Source: Carcharhinus longimanus (taxonomy: Eukaryota). From it: DNA of 64,000 nt. The DNA is taken from the NCBI GenBank assembly GCA_030264375.1, contig JASCQW010000099.1, positions 52,897,722 through 52,961,721 of the forward strand. The letters are read 5' to 3'. Position numbers and translations under genes: made by a program. Positions within the stretch are counted from its first letter, which is position 1. The number at the start of each line of letters is the position of its first letter. Below, one piece after another: positions 50,769 to 64,000 of the stretch. The notes under the pieces are model-generated. The model did no database searches. It saw only the letters and a list, made by a program, of their open reading frames with translations, and was not told where the DNA came from.

Positions 50769-50798
<30 letters not shown>
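50769..50798 (+). repeat. (AC)15 microsatellite
   Basis: Perfect AC run seen directly. Confidence 0.95.
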
Positions 50799-50801
<3 letters not shown>

Positions 50802-52728
50802 CACAAAACCTGAGAAATCCTGATGCATTACAGTATAGCACTTGCAAATAAATGTGGTCTACTGAGATATGGTCCTTCTAATCCTTATCTAAATTGCAAT
50901 TAACACTTCACAGCTACAGATATCTGCGCAAAACCCAAGCTGTGTTCTGTTATTTTTTTTGTTATTGGACGAAAATCAAATCAATCTTCAAATAGGATTG
51001 GAATGAAAGAGGCTGATCTCTAATTGCACGAGCAGATAACAATTTCATACTTTCTGCCCAAGTACAGCCATCAGGCTGCAGGAGGAGCAAATAAAGAAAT
51101 TAGCCAGGAAACAGTGCCACTGTATAACATTTCATTATATTCCTCATCATGTGCCAGATAGCGCAGGGCAAATATTTGAAAAATAAACAAACAGTCGTAA
51201 GGCCGAAAGAAACGGAGCATTGTGCTTTATGTGTAGGTCTAGCTTTCTTCAAATAATTTGTCACCCTTGATAGTCACAAAATGAAGTCATGAGGGCTTCA
51301 TAAGGGAGTGTTTATGAATTTCTTATCAAAATCTCATGTGGCGCCATCCCAATTATCAAGTAAGAACAATCATATTAGAAAACACATCGGCTGTTTAATG
51401 TAATTTGCAATTGTTAAAAAAAACAAACAGACGTACAGTAATTCCATTGCAATTAATCTCCAATCTAAACATGGCAGCGCATAGAGAGAGAATAAAATAC
51501 AGTCTGTGTTAACTGATGCAGGCCTCTTAATCTACCATGACTGAATGCGCTTATCATCTCTGCTACACTTAGCTAAGTTATTTCTTTGTCCAAACATTAA
51601 GGGGAAAAAAAATCAATTCAGCTCAGGTTTTCCCACATCTTCATATCACTTCTCATCTGAACTCTATGGAGGTAGAATTTCAATTACCTTGGAGAACTCC
51701 CAGCGAGCCAGGATGAACACGGTCCTCCTGGTCACAGCCAGTAATTGTAGAGGGGTCTGCATCTTACATTTGATGATATGGCTTACAAAAATAGATATTC
51801 CAGTTATTTGATAAAGGTATAAAAGTCTTCTTACGGACATTGCCACTATTTCTCTGCTCTGTCAAGCAGCACATGAACAACTAATTCTGTTACTTTGTAA
51901 ATGTAATAATTAACATATTTACAATGCGAAAAAAAATGCTGACTATAATTGTAGCTGCAACAAGGTTCCCCGGGGAGGATAAATGAACTTTGAATATTCA
52001 CTATTTGGTTGGGGAAAAAAATAATTAGCTTCCCATCTCATTCTCCTCTTTCCCATCAGATCACTCTTTTTAAAAGCATTCTCTTCAGCACAAAACATGA
52101 AAACAACATTGAATTTGCTTAAAAATCATTTGCAGCTCTTTAGTTAGGATATTAAATAGCTTCCTGCCTGTATGGAACAAGCAGCATTGGCAGACACTCG
52201 AGCACATTTTGCAGTCAAGTTGCAAATATACAGTTGGTGCATGCTGTTGCTCTGTGGTTGAAGTGATAATGGGTTACACCCAGCTTGTGAGGAGTTCAGA
52301 TCAGATCGCTAAAAGATGGGAAGCTTCCACTTTATATAAATTTACCCCCCAATGCCTCCTTCAAGTTACAGTCACCTCGGTTACCAAAGATTTGCTATTG
52401 ATTCAATTTTCAGAATTATGAGTTTTCATACTGCAAGTATCAAAGCACCAAGATGGGGTTTGTAGAACTCTACGAGTTAAGTAACACCATGCCAGAATGT
52501 TATGGATGAATCTATAGCACTGTTGGCCCACATCCTTGTCTGGATGAGCATCAATGAAACCATAAATGGCACTCGGTTTCAGGCTATTCTAAGTTTACTC
52601 CTCTACTTGTTTCTGCAATGTGATACTAATGTACCAAAGCCAGCCCTAAAATGTCATTTTACCTTCCATACTTTTATAAATATTATTTAAAATGTCCTAA
52701 AGGTCCTAAAGTGTTCAATTCAATTCAA

Positions 52729-53028
52729 GGGTGGCACATAGTGGTTAGCACTGCTGCCTCACAGCACCAGGAACCTGGGTTCAATTCCTGACCTTGGCTC
52801 ACTGTCTGTGTGGAGTTTGCATATTCTCCCTGTGTCTGCATGGGTTTCCTCCAGGTGCTCTGGTTCCGTCCCATAGTCCGAAAGACATGCTGGTTAGGTG
52901 CACTGGCCATGCTAAATTCTCCCTCAGTGTACCCAAACAGTTGCCGGAGTGTGCAACAAGGGGATTTTCTCAGTAACATCATTGCAGTGTTAATGTAAGC
53001 CCACTTGTGACAGTAATAAATAAACTTT
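52729..53028 (+). mobile_element. V-SINE, second tail type, full length
   Basis: Head gtggttagcactgctgcctcacagcaccagg, V-domain, tail ...ggggattttctcagtaacatcattgcagtgttaatgtaagcccacttgtgacagtaataaataaacttt. Confidence 0.9.
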
Positions 53029-54829
53029 AAAAAATATCTATACATTCACACTTTCTACTTTTAAATACACGCGTATGGAGACAATTAATGAATGGCATTG
53101 TTCTTGAGCCAAACATAAGTATGCAAAAAAGCATATCGCCTTTAATATAGTGAAAAGAAAATTGCAAAATACTCATAACAAATTGGAGAAGATGTTCCAA
53201 ATCAATCTACGGTTTTAGTTACAGTGATTTCATACAAAAGCAGCATACTGCCATCCACTGGGATTAAGTGTCTTCTCTTTACTGTTATATATTGTGGGCT
53301 GAAATCTAGGATGATGCACATTTTCTGCTATTTTAACTCAAAATTCAGAAATAATAAAAAATAACCTGAAACCCAATCAGCATACTCCCATTATGCATTA
53401 TTATCTGATTAGTAGCATAATTTCAGAGTACCAAACCACTTCCTAAGGACAGTATTTCAAACTGGTTCATCCTTTTTTTCAATACAGAAAGGTCTGATCA
53501 AATGTCAATACATACTAGATGTGACTTAAAAACCTCAAGTCGCAAGCGCGCTAAACCCTTTCTCGCTTTTGGTCGACAGAAAGTGTGAACTGCCCTATCG
53601 TTAACGCCATGAATATGTTAGCAAGTGAATAGCCCTGACCCTGGAGTTAATCCTTTAATCCCTTTGCATCTGTTTGCAACATTTCTGCAATCTTCTTTTT
53701 TGACAACTTATTTTTTTACACATTGTTAGCAGTGAACCGGTCTAACGTTTTCAGTTTGTTTCATGGAATTCATTTAATGTCACATTCCACTTAACATGTT
53801 ACCAGCAAATCTGGTGTAACACAATAGCTACAATGCTCACTGTCAATCCAATACAGTCATGTTTAAATAGCAACAAGGCACACAAACAGAAGCTAAGGAT
53901 GAAATGTCTAAAAGCAGTAGCAGTAATGGGTTAATTACAATAACTCTTCACTATCTTTCCACAATAAAGGGTTGCTTTATCCTGCCAGTTTGGAACTGCC
54001 AGATTTATGGAAGCACTTTAAGATGATTTATTCATCTTATGTTGCACTTTCAGTCTCAAAATATATTTATAATTCAGATTGAAAATACATATACTGTAGA
54101 ATAAATAATATCACAATACATTTACTATCTAATAAAATTTCTGTTTAGTGGTATAAAGAGAAACTACAAGGTTAGTGAAAATGCCAAATATTTATTCCAA
54201 AGTAACAAGGATCCTTTTGCTTGAAGCTGAATTCTGCATTACACTCTGGCTTAAAGGTTAGAAAGATGAAACAATTCAAATGGTCTACAGTCAAGAAAAA
54301 CCTTGCTCTATGCTTTTTATTTTCCAACATTCGAAATGTTTGCGTAGCATTTTACCAAAGGACGTTTTTAAACATGTTACAACAAACATAACTATGTTGA
54401 GAAATAAATCCAGTGACTAATGAACTTAATTCTCTCAAAATTACACACAAATACTGCAATTGTATCAGAATTTAATCAGCTTCTGGCACTGGTGCATATA
54501 AATAGTACTCACAAGGAGGATTACACTTCGGAAGGAGGAGAAATAAGATGCCTAGAACAAAGATTTAGTGCTAAGGGAGCGATTGATCACAAAGTGGCTG
54601 AGTTACATCAATAGTTGGGAAGTGGATTGAAAGACAGTTTATACTCAGAGTTTGAATTTTTATACGCAAAATACACGTTAAACCTATTATTTAGACTGGG
54701 CTTGTCTTTTTAGGAAGTGTTTCGGATGTGATGATTGATATTCCTTTGGTTTTCTTCACGTTGTGTTCTCTGTTTCACCAATGAAACAATAAAATTCTAT
54801 CTTGATGTAAAGAATTTGAACGAAACCTT

Positions 54830-56140
54830 CAGCCCACATTTTGCCGCGACCGGAGAGGCTGTACATAATGCTAAAATGGTTGAAGTGGCCAAAGATTCTT
54901 CAGTTCCCGCCCTCCCCCAAAACATGGCACATTGCATTTTGGAAGGGGTGAGAATGTTTCACGTATTCATGGTTTATGGAGGCAGCTGGCCATTTAAATC
55001 AACAGCTGCCTCCACTGAAGTGGGACTTGATAAGAGCAGGATTGAACTTTCTGGATTTGTTTAAACAGTCAGAGCGCGTCCCTTTGGAGAGATAAGGTGC
55101 CCCTTTGGATCTGATCCTGGGACACCTTTGAGGGAGTTCAGGTGCCCTTTGGAACTGTTAAAACTCAACTTAAATGTGTGTATAAAGTGCATAAATTAAT
55201 TGTGGTCAAGCTCATTGGAATCGTCAATAGACAGTCCAAAATCAACTGTCAAAACTGTCAGAAGCACCTGTTTAAGGGAGCTGTCAAACTGTCAAAACAT
55301 TTAAAATTCTGCTCTTTAAATCTGTATAGGAAATGTCTGGAGCTTACAAAAATGATTGCTTGTTTGGACTCCAAGCACCCTGGACATTCTCTCTTCCCCA
55401 TCTTCTGTCAGGAAAAAGACACAAAGGCTGAAGTCACGCACCAACCGACTCAAGAGCAGCTTCTTCCCTGCTGCCATCAGACTTTTGACTGGAACTACCT
55501 TATATTAAGTTGATCTTTCTCTACACCCTAGCTATGACTTTAACACCACATTCTGCACCCTCTCCTTTCCTTCTCTATGAATGGTATGCTTTGTACAGCA
55601 CATAAGAAACAATACTTTACACTGTATACTAATACATGTGACAATAATAAATCAAATCAAAAAAACCATCTATTGACATATGCCTGAGGGCATCATTATT
55701 GGATAAGAGCTGCATAACTGATTTCGCAACCATCCATTATCACAGTAGGGTGCCTGCTATTTCAGTTTGATTGACAGCTATAATCGGTTCTGAACTTTTT
55801 GTTATGGGACCATGAATTTCAAGGCTTGTTGTTATAAGTGATTGTGCATTTGAATGAAATGTTTGTTGTTATAAGGCTTTACGTGGTTGAAGGTATGTAA
55901 ATGTACTAAATGGGCTTTTATGAATGAGAATGTTTTTTGATATAGTGAAGTTTGCAATGGACACTTAGAAGTTTACTTTATTGAACATTATTTTATCTAA
56001 ACTCTGCATGGGTTCTGAGTTCTGCCTGTGTTGGTTACAGGGCGAGTTGGTATGGTATGTGTAAGGATCCTGGGATTGAGTGGAGGAGCTATAAAGGGCC
56101 ATGTGGGGTGGTTGAAAGGGAACTGGTTGGCATAGGGACT
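54830..56140. mobile_element. Second copy of the 28614-29976 element family, interrupted by a LINE and a SINE
   Basis: Colinear shared blocks: cccctttggat; aactgtcaaaa; gggtgcct...atttcagttt.attgacagct; gcattt.aatgaaatgtttgtt; gacactt.gaa.ttta; gagttgg.atggta.gtgtaa. Confidence 0.7.
55370..55660 (+). mobile_element. Rex1/Babar-like LINE 3' end
   Basis: HPGHSLF ... RLKSSFFPAAIRLL, a 3' UTR and an aataataaatcaaatcaaa tail; homologous to 63060-63612. Confidence 0.85.
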
Positions 56141-56143
56141 TTA

Positions 56144-56440
56144 GAGTTTATTTATTAGTATCTCAAGCAGGTTTACATTAACACTGCAATTAAATTACTG
56201 TAAAAATCTGCTAGTTGCTACACTCCTGTGTCAGTTTGGGTACATTGAGGGAGAATTTGTCATGGCCAATGTACCTAACCAGCACGTCTTTCACACTGTG
56301 GGAGGAAACCGGAGCACCAAGAGGATACCCACGCAGATGCAGGGAGAACGTGCAGACTCCGCACAGATAGTGACCCAAACCAGGAATCAAACCTGGTTTC
56401 CTGACGCTGTGAGGCAGCAGTGCTAACTACTGTGCCACTG
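56144..56440 (-). mobile_element. V-SINE, second tail type
   Basis: Reverse complement of the 52729 copy structure. Confidence 0.9.
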
Positions 56441-58515
56441 TAAGAGAAGAGCTATATTGCCAAATAGAAGTTGGCAAGAATATGCGAAGATAGGTAGAAT
56501 GTGAGCTGCCAGCGAAGATGGGTCTGGAGCAGGCTGAAGCACAAAACAGGGCCCAATGATGGAAGAAAGGAATGCAGAGGAAACTACAATCGTGGCATCT
56601 GACCTGAATCAGCACATATAATTTTTTGAAGAAACCAATTAACCTCCTCAACTTTTTTGACTGTATTGTATAACAATATTTTACTGTTGTAATGTGAGGT
56701 GTTCAAATGTGAAGCATAAAATAAAGTTTCATTAGGTTGGCTGGTGCAAAATAAAAATCAATTTTTAGGTAGCATTAATATAGTCACTGACATTTTAACT
56801 GGTTTCAAATGGCTACTTACTTCAACCTGTGTTTCCACCAACAGTCTGTAACCGTTATTACGTATTCACAGAAGTCAGTTGTCTATCGGTGCAAATCTAC
56901 GTAAGAAGACATCAACTACTAATAATAATCAACCAATTCTTAACTGTGCTTTCTTCAAGCAAAATCTAAACAAGGTGCAAAGTTAATTCTGGATATCCAC
57001 CAATGGATCTCAACTTTCAGCACCCAACAGCAGAGCTGTGATAGTGAACATCTAAAAATCTGCTGGAGAAATGATATAATATTGCATACACATGCATATA
57101 AGCACTGACATTTCTCCCTTAATGATATGCTTCAGTCTATAAAGTTTAAGGCAGTTATTTATTGATCAATGTGACTTATACAATATATTTAGTAGTATCA
57201 CAACTAGTAGGCTTAGATATTAAATAACAACTGCATGCACTGCTACCTTTGAGAAGGCTAGGCTGCATGATGCCCTTTGAACTTTGAGCCCTAGATTTAA
57301 TGGGATGAAAGTCTCCTCTTTTAGCTGGCTGTATGAGTGCTAAGTAAAGAAACAGTTTCAACACATTTCCTGGTATCCACAAGTCAACAGCCCAATTTGC
57401 TCATAATTCGACACAAATTGCCACGATTACCAGCTTCACTGAGATAAGGCTTGGCTGGGAATGAAAAGGAAGAAAATTTCACTGACTGATTAAGAGACAT
57501 TTTCTCAGAGAGGGGTTAAAGTAAAGAAAGTGTCACTCTGCATTTGTGCCCTGATGTGGGACTAATCCTGCCATCACAATCCTGCAACTGTCACAGGCTG
57601 CCCAAATTTTCCCAAAGTAAGGCCCTATTTTGTGCCAGAGGCAGGTCTACTGTCCCCACTGCAGGCCTGCCTCGGCTGCCATCTTTCTTTTTGTGAGTTC
57701 CAATGATGCCCTACAGGGATCAGCCTCAGTTGCCAACATTTAAAAATGCAGAGATAAGTCTCCTGAGCCCTATGAGAGAAGTGTCGTCAAAATCAACGCC
57801 GTCCCAAAATTCAGCCATTCCATGGATTTATCACCATGCCAGTATCCCTCCCTTGCTATCTCCCTCCATGTTAACGCCAATGACACCTTTCAGTCCCTAA
57901 AATTTCTCTAATGTAACTTTCAAGAGGTTCCCGCGTCTTCTGTCCTGCCTCTGTGGTTGTTCTCACTTCCTCTCACTTAGTAGGGTTCCAGACGGCTTTG
58001 AAGGCCACCTGCCCCAGTGAAAATCTACAATTAATCTACCTTAAGCAAGTTTCCTGTCCCACGCCTTTTGCTGTGCTCCTCAAAATGTCCACAAGCGGCC
58101 ATGGAATTTGGATTCTGCCAACACCACCTGGCCATGAACAGAGGCATGAACATCCATGCCTTTGTATTTGCCCATGGAGTGCTCAAATATGTGGAAAATA
58201 AAATGTGTTTCAATGCATCAACACCGATATGATTCATCTCAACAATAAGGATAACATATTTGAAGGGCACACATAATCAATCTATACAGACGAGCAATAC
58301 TTGGTTTATGACCCAGGGCTAAAGCCTCAAAAACAGAACAATGGAGGGCTCATGGTGATAGAAACTGGTATGGGCTGCGCTCAACGTTTCAATGTAAAAC
58401 AAGCACACAATATTCTAACTTAGCAGTTGCATGGTCTGCACCCAATCTGCACTGATGTTGGTCCACTGCAAAACGAGTAAGCCCATATTTTAGGAGCTTG
58501 TGCCAAGTATAGGCC

Positions 58516-59420
58516 ATCATCATTGGTGGTCCCTCGATTCAAGAATGACATCTAATCAGGGTTGTAGGCTTCTGCGATGGGTCTCCACGTAACTGAACAG
58601 GCTGATTCTCAATCCACAGATCTTTGAGTACAAGAGGCAGGGTATCCCTATGAGGCAGTGAGATCCGGGTGCTGGATTTGCTTCCCCTTCTTTCCATAAT
58701 TGTCACCGCTTTGCCTTATCATTAAGATGCTGTGACTCAAAGTGTGATGCAGCTTGCACAAGTAGTCACCGTTCTGGTTGGCAGATTGGCAGCAAGTCAA
58801 GGAGAGTTTCAGAGTGCCTTTTTGGCGCTTTCTTTGTCCTCCCCTGGAATGTTGGCCATTTGAGAGCTGACAAAACAGGAACTGGCAGGGGTGCTTTTTG
58901 GTCACTTGGATAGTGTCCAGCCCATCAAAGTTGATTTTGCAGGAGTTTTGCCTTAATGCTTGTGGAAATGGCTCCAAGAAGGACATTAGTATTTGTTCGC
59001 CAAATCCTGCCACTGAATCCTGAGGATGCAGCGCAGACATTGCTGAGGGAGTTTCTCCAGTGCTCTTATATGTCACTGATATACAATTAAGGTCTTTCTG
59101 TAATAGCACAGGACTGTGCTGATGAGAACTGCTCTGTGCATTATGATTTCTCTGACTTGTAAAGGGCTTTGTTGTCAAACACTTACTGCTTTAGTTTGTA
59201 GCTGGCACAGCGTTGGATCTCCTCAGCAATGGTGGCCTTTTGGCAGGTCTGGCTGGTGAACTATGAGATGTGCTCAATATATTCCAGAGTCTCCCTTTCA
59301 AGATCTCAGAGGTGGAATTTTGGGCTGACCAACTGTGGGTTGATATAAGTTTTGTTTCAGTGACATTCAGTATAAGCCAAGTTTCTTGTGCGCAGAACTG
59401 AAGCGACCAAGAGGAGTTAA
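58516..59420 (-). mobile_element. RTE-clade LINE 3' portion, decayed
   Basis: Minus strand motifs LILNVTETK, WAGH, QFLFCQLSNGQHSRGGQRKRQKGTLKLSL (cf. RTE LYGELxxGxRxRGGQRKRFKDxLK) and an (ATG)3 tail at 58516-58524. Confidence 0.8.
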
Positions 59421-60799
59421 TGTTACTTAGCCCCACTTCATACAGGCCGTTTAGTTAATTAGGGGCCAAACATATATTAAGGCACCTCTTTGACAAACTG
59501 GTCCCATGTTTTACCCTGTCAGGATCTGTTACTGATGCCAATGACCAACAACCAAAGGTATGTATGTGTTTGAAATTTGTTTTTCATCTTTCTGCACAGG
59601 CAATTTACCCACTGGCCCCACCCTCCCTCCCGCCCAACCCTAACTCACTTCAACTCCCTGAAGGGGTTCACCCAAGGGCTATTGCTGGCAGGGCAATTGA
59701 CGCTAAATTAGTCTCAGGCAACGGGATAAGTTGCCGATGGTAGTACAAAAGTGGCGAGGACCAATTTCCACACATCCTCAGATGTCTCTGTTTGGGTCAC
59801 ACTGAATCCACCTAAGTCTGGGCGTGAGAACAGGCCCAGATTAATATCTACCCTGTGACATGACATTCTACTGCTAAACAGCAACTACTGCCTGCTGATA
59901 TTGCAGGCTGCTGCCTAGGGTCTGCCTCGAGCAATTGAAAATGTTTCTCATTTAGAAAATAAATGTATCTCTTGGGCACAATAAGATTACACTGGCTGAA
60001 AATTGTTGGCTGCAGTTGGTAAATTATTCCCCTTGGTTTATGGAAGTGACCTCAAGTATGCAGTAATGCCCTCACTCTTTGGCACTGAATGTTATAACTA
60101 TCTTGGCGCTTCTCGTAATCTTTGGGTCAATCGTCAATGGTCTCCCAAATTGCAGCCAATATTTGTAATGCCAACAGAGATTTAGGCTTGCCCGAACAAA
60201 AAGTGTAACAGGTTTAGGAAGTGCATAATGTACTCATAACATAGCAGGAGTCAAGCATTCCTACATTAGTCTTCAATGTTTAGCCCAATGGGTCATCCAT
60301 CAAGAAGAGAATTATGTCATGCCTTCCCAAATTTTGACTTCAAGTAAAACGCGGCATTCAAATATTTCTGAATTGATCAGTTAACTCTAGGTTGCCAATT
60401 AAATATAACAAATGTTCCCTCAAAAGTTTATTTTAAAATATAAATGCTCTGACCAATTTATGATTTCAAAGCAAGAGTTACTTGATCAAATTCTTTGCAT
60501 AATGAATCAGGTTTTTCTAGGTGGACACTCCAAGAAAAATTGGCGATTCCGGAGAAAGAAATGGAGTTTAGTGTGGAAAAAAAGGAATTTAGCCTGTGTA
60601 GAATATGTATCAGGATGAGTTACAGATATCATTGCAGCTAACAGAACAGCTCCAAACCTTTTCTTTCCTAGGGTTAAGCTGCTGACATGATTTTGTCATG
60701 ATTGCACAAACTAAGTTTGAAAAAAACAGATAATACAACTTTGAAAAAATAAATACAAACTTCCATGGGTTAAGATTAATACTCCCAATTTATTTAAAA

Positions 60800-61100
60800 T
60801 TCGTTTGTTAGTGTCACAAGTAGACTTATATTCATTCACACCTAAATGAAGTTACAGTGAAAATCTCCTAGTTGCCGCACTCCGGCGCCTCTTCGGATAC
60901 ATTAAGGGAGAATCTAGCATGGCCCATTCGCCTAACCAGCATCTCCTTCAAATTGTGGGAGGAAACCAGAGCACGCGGAAGAACCCACGCAGATCTGAAG
61001 AGAATGTGCAGACTTTGCACAGACAGTGATCCGAGCCAGGAATCGAACCCAAGTCCCTGTGACAGTGAAGCAGCAGTGCTAACCACTGTATCATTGTGCC
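60800..61100 (-). mobile_element. V-SINE, second tail type
   Basis: tagtgtcacaagtagactta...gtgaaaatctcctagttgccgcactccggcgcc...tgtgggaggaaaccagagcac...gcagcagtgctaaccactgt. Confidence 0.9.
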
Positions 61101-63059
61101 ACACCTTTCATTGTACATTGCAATACATACAGAAAGGATGCTGCATAAATAGGTTCAAGCAGTTCCAATGGACCAGAATTAGAGGTCTTTGGGCTGAAAA
61201 TCAAGTTGCAAGTGTAAAAGCAAATTAAAAAAGTCATTCTGTAGTTCTGAATGAAAGCCTAACTTTTTTTTGCAACTCAGCTTGCAATATTAAACAGGCA
61301 TTTCTCTGTACACCACAGAGTTTGTTTGCATCATCGCATAACAATATGCACCGAATGGGCCAATGTACAAGATCACATGATGAAGCAGTTTGGCAACACA
61401 CTGGCTGCCGTCTTAAGAATGAGAGAACTCTGGATAAAGATCAAACAGATCCAAAGTAACCCTAATTCCCCACAACAATAAAGATTATTGCATTTGACTC
61501 TTTATCGCTGAAAAACAACACTCAAATTCTAACTTTCTCTGTTAATCCCACTGAAAGGCTGTCAATTCATCTCTCGCAACGGAACAATGCAAAGCATTCA
61601 AATAGTTACCCACGACCCTCCCACTGAATGAATGTTCTCCAAGAAGATACCACTAAAGTTTTTTGCATGGTTCTCCAACCCTAACTTTGCACGCTTCAAA
61701 TCACTTATAGAGGTCTACTTCACGGAGGGAGGCTTGGAAAGGATAGCACGTAGGAGCCAGAGAANNNNNNNNNNATGGTTCTTTCACTAATTTCCTTCTG
61801 ATTACAGGAAGTATTATAATTAAGTATAATGCAATATTGTTAAATGCTCAGATCAAAAGAAAGAACTTGCATCTATGCCAAATACAGAAATCTCTGGAAA
61901 AAAAGAGGGTAGAAGTTATAAGGTCTTTCAGAAAAATTGGAAACCAGTACTAAAATAAAAGGGCCAAATCACACCAGAAAAAATGGCAGTGTGTTATTTC
62001 CGGCAAGAAAAAAGCTGGTTTTCTCTCCAGATCTCACAGCACACAGTCAACAAAACGTTATAGGGGGCATATTTCATGCTGTCATACAGGGGGTGGGACC
62101 TCAACATGCCGGCAAAACCTGGCTGCATAGAAACTGGGACACCACCTTGAATGGGCACCCTGATCATCACCTAAATACATCTGAGTAAACCTCCCCATCA
62201 GCACACAGCAGAGGTCTGTAGCTCCCCATCACCGGTGGGAGTCATTNNNNNNNNNNNNNNNNNNNNNNNNNNNNNNNNNNNNNGCCTCTTCTCTCCCCCA
62301 CCCCAATCACAGGACCCTTACCCCCCCCACAACTCCCCCGATCATCACTCCTACCCCCAAATCATTGGCTCCTTCTCCACTCCTACCCCCCACAGTCTGA
62401 GCTCGCACGGAGAGCGAGCATGGGCTCAAGACTACACTCAAGCAGTCTTCCCTCAGAATTGACATTGTTGCAGGTTGCAGAGTCGGTAATTATTTTTATC
62501 TTTGTCACGGGCAGTTTTTAACTGGGTCTCTCTCTCATTTTAGCTCATTCTGACCTGAAGGTGCTGATTTATACCCAGCCACAAGTCACCCTCCGCTACT
62601 TAGGACAAGTACCTTTCATCAACATGTTACGCAGGACAACGAGTGCTGCCAAGCCATGCTTGGCATCGCATCCGAGTCCAATCTTGTCGTCAACTACCAT
62701 CCAAAAATGTGAACTTTGCAGACACCAGATCAAGAACAGATACTCAGCAACACTGTTCTATTTTTATTGGGTCTTCAAATTCACTGGTTTTACGAGTCCT
62801 ACAATTTCATATTTGGCTTTCCACTGCCTGTGCAATACCAGTTCTAGACAACACAGCCTCATACATGCAACACACCAGCTCCTGCCAGAAGCTGCACATC
62901 TTCACTCAGCCTTTGAGGACAAGAAGAACGGCCCTTGATTTCACTTGCTTTTAGTTCCGAGTTGTAACATAAATCAGCAAACAATTTTGTTTCCAAAGAA
63001 TGGCAGTCACAGTCAGATTGCCACCCTGCTCCTAGTTCCTTATATTGGAATGCTGCTGT

Positions 63060-63612
63060 ACCTTCCTCACTCGGGAGGCTAAGGAAATTTGGCACGTCCA
63101 CTATAACTCTCACCTAATTCTACAGATGCACCATACAAAGCATTCTTTCTGGTTGTATACAGCTTGATGTGGCTCCTGCTCTATCCAAGACTGCAAGAAA
63201 CTACAAAGGCTCGTGAATGAAGCCCAGTCCATCACACAAACCAGCCTCTCATCCACTGACATTGTCTACACTTTCTGCTGCCTTGGAAAAGCAGCTAGCA
63301 TAATCAAGGACCCCACACATCCCGGACATTCTCTCTTTTACCTTCTTCCTTCGGGAAAAAAAGATACAAGAGTCTGAGATCACGTACTGACTCAAAAACA
63401 GCTTCTTCCCTGCTGTCAACAGACTTTTGAATGAACCTACCTCGCATCTAGTTGCTCTTTCACTACATCCTGTCTATGACTGTAACACTACATTCTGTAC
63501 TCTCTCCTTTTCTTCCCTATGTACAGTATGCTTTGTCTGTATAGCGTGCAAGAAGCAATACTTTTCACTGTATATTAATACATGTGACAATAATAAATCA
63601 AATCAAATCAAA
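63060..63612 (+). mobile_element. Rex1/Babar-like LINE 3' fragment
   Basis: RLRKFG...FYRCTIQSILSGCI...IIKDPTHPGHSLFYLLPSG...NSFFPA, with an (aaatc)n tail. Confidence 0.85.
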
Positions 63613-64000
63613 CCCAACTTTCCAACTCAGGCTGGGTGTGAGGAGTGCAGTGTAGCTGCCCAGGGATCCTCTCAGGTGAGTGCAGTAGAATCGGGGGAAA
63701 TGAGGGCACACCGGCTTTGTTACCAGTACTAGATGCCATGAAGCAAATAAGTTTAAAGGTCGAGTTAGTTTGAGAAGATGGGGAGAGGTTAGTGGGTAAG
63801 GAAAGGGGGAGGTGGATTAGGAGCGGGGTCAGTTGGTCCATTGGAGGGAGGGGTGTCAGATGGTGAGGGTGTCATTGTAGGTCAGGAGGGTAGTCGGGCG
63901 AGGTGGGGCATGTAGTTGGGTAACTGGGGGGTGCACTCGGGAGGACTGGCAAGGGGTCAAGGGTTCAGTACTATCTTTACCCAGGATTTTAGAAGTGATT

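Overview
Vertebrate genomic DNA, almost certainly from a shark or other elasmobranch, judged from the HE1/V-SINE repeats, CR1/HER1 fragments and Harbinger-type MITEs. The window holds the 5' part of the estrogen-related receptor gamma gene (ESRRG/NR3B3) on the minus strand. Three coding exons can be defined with canonical splice sites: 43681-43626 (56 nt, missed by the ORF track), 18736-18324 (413 nt) and 15909-15793 (117 nt). They splice in frame to [32 protein letters not shown]...[26 protein letters not shown]...VGMLKE. I did not find the next exon (VRLDRVRGG...), which probably lies left of the window. The rest is intron or upstream DNA with about 9 V-SINE copies (two tail types), CR1, Rex1/Babar and RTE LINE relics, a decayed two-gene PIF/Harbinger transposon with related non-autonomous elements, and nine N gaps. 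I see no evidence of a wholly new gene system. The best leads are a strong-Kozak overlapping uORF that could switch between long and short ERR-gamma start codons, a ~380-bp-arm inverted duplication in intron 1, candidate recursive splice sites, and composite or nested SINE structures. Family assignments rest on recalled consensus motifs, not database searches, and repeat boundaries are approximate.
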